Shown one piece after another: positions 62,637-64,000 of a DNA stretch of 64,000 nt (position 1 is the stretch's first letter; every line of letters begins with the position of its first letter). The notes under the pieces are model-generated. The model was not told the DNA's origin and did no database searches. It saw only the letters and a list, made by a program, of their open reading frames with translations. Origin of the DNA: Podarcis melisellensis (taxonomy: Eukaryota); the NCBI GenBank assembly GCA_964234715.1, contig OZ174281.1, one strand, 5' to 3'. A program made the position numbers and the translations under genes.

Positions 62637-63608
62637 ATGATACATAGACATTGCAGGCATGTATGCTGGCATAGATAGGGTGAGTGGGTAGGAGAGGCAG
62701 ATAAAAACATTGATCTTCCTATTTTATTTAATGTTTACACTTGTATCCTTCATGCCCGTGGTCCCAAGTGATCTCTTAACAGGTATAGGCCAGGCCTTGG
62801 CCCACTCAGAGAGATGGAACTAACACAAGACCTCTTTACACCTCATAGGCATGAGTCCTCCCTTAATTCCCTGATAGCCTCCAGAAGGACAGTAACAGAG
62901 TGTAATTTGCATTTAATTAAACCAAAATCTTATAAGCTACGTTGTTTGTTCCCCAGGATGTTGGAGATAAAAGAATACAAGTATTTATCTTTGCCCTTTG
63001 ATTTGGGGGCGATGGATTAATAGGGTCACACTGCAGCTCTTTTTATTCTGATTTCCAAGTTTCTTTGTTGTTCCAAACAAAAGCTGGATAGTATAATTTT
63101 CTAATGGATCACAGCATTTCTGTTGTGGGGTGCGGGGAGAGAAATACTGAGCCAAAGAGAGCAAAATAATGTCAAAGGAGATTTCCACTTGTGCAGGAAA
63201 TGCAGCTACAAGAGCCAGAAAGGTGTGGCTGATGTGTGACCTTTCCTTGAATTTTCTTCCTTTGGAGATTTCAGGGCACAAAAGGTTGAAAAGCTGTTTA
63301 ATGTTAAAGAAATTTTGGAAATTGATGGTAGCAGGCAGTGGCCCTTTTGTTCACAGCGGAAGTGCTGGAAGATATAGATGTAGCCTGATGCGAAAATCCT
63401 GTCACTTGGCGTAAGCCGGCGCTATCTGTTCTTCAGCACTTTGCTGAGAATATAGTTTTATGTTCATTTAATAATTATCCATTTGGGTTGTACTTGTCGG
63501 GGAGAGCTTCTTGAGCCCTATCAGTTTTTCAGAGAAGCACCACTCAAGCTCTTCTGCTGGAAATGTTTTTCCTTTCCTCCCTTCACTTCATTCCACTCTT
63601 TTCCCCCT

Positions 63609-63948
63609 NNNNNNNNNNNNNNNNNNNNNNNNNNNNNNNNNNNNNNNNNNNNNNNNNNNNNNNNNNNNNNNNNNNNNNNNNNNNNNNNNNNNNNNNNNNN
63701 NNNNNNNNNNNNNNNNNNNNNNNNNNNNNNNNNNNNNNNNNNNNNNNNNNNNNNNNNNNNNNNNNNNNNNNNNNNNNNNNNNNNNNNNNNNNNNNNNNNN
63801 NNNNNNNNNNNNNNNNNNNNNNNNNNNNNNNNNNNNNNNNNNNNNNNNNNNNNNNNNNNNNNNNNNNNNNNNNNNNNNNNNNNNNNNNNNNNNNNNNNNN
63901 NNNNNNNNNNNNNNNNNNNNNNNNNNNNNNNNNNNNNNNNNNNNNNNN
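63609..63948. other. N-run, 340 nt
   Basis: Direct. Confidence 0.99.
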
Positions 63949-64000
63949 GGATAGGAAAAGGGTGGCAGACCTGATACATGGAGGCAATTTCCAGCCCAGG

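Noticed and set aside
58208-63987. Long ORFs of 130-196 aa
   Set aside because: They are artefacts of N-runs and microsatellites.
33173-64000. ZNF521 large multi-zinc-finger exon
   Set aside because: No C2H2 array ORF is present and the N-runs are too short to hide it, so it must lie downstream of the window.

Overview
This is vertebrate genomic DNA, almost certainly from a squamate and probably a lacertid lizard, judging by the Sauria SINEs with (ACCTTT)n tails, a Squam3-like SINE and lizard-type L2/CR1 fragments. The window covers the 5' part of ZNF521 (EHZF/Evi3) on the + strand. It holds the start-codon exon encoding the NuRD-binding motif MSRRKQAKPRAL (501-541), a probable 57-nt in-frame cassette exon (24475-24531) absent from the canonical human protein as I recall it, and the 180-nt exon encoding the first C2HC-type finger (32993-33172). 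The large zinc-finger exon lies beyond the window. The rest is intron, with young SINEs carrying TSDs, Tc1/mariner-pogo and hAT MITEs (some nested), a Tigger1-like end, mostly antisense L2/CR1 fragments, microsatellites, a 24-bp minisatellite, candidate enhancer blocks and five short N-runs that may be hard-masked ultraconserved elements. Nearly all ORF-track entries are spurious. I found no CRISPR array, prokaryote-type system or new protein-coding gene. Repeat family names and conservation statements come from recall and were not checked against any database.
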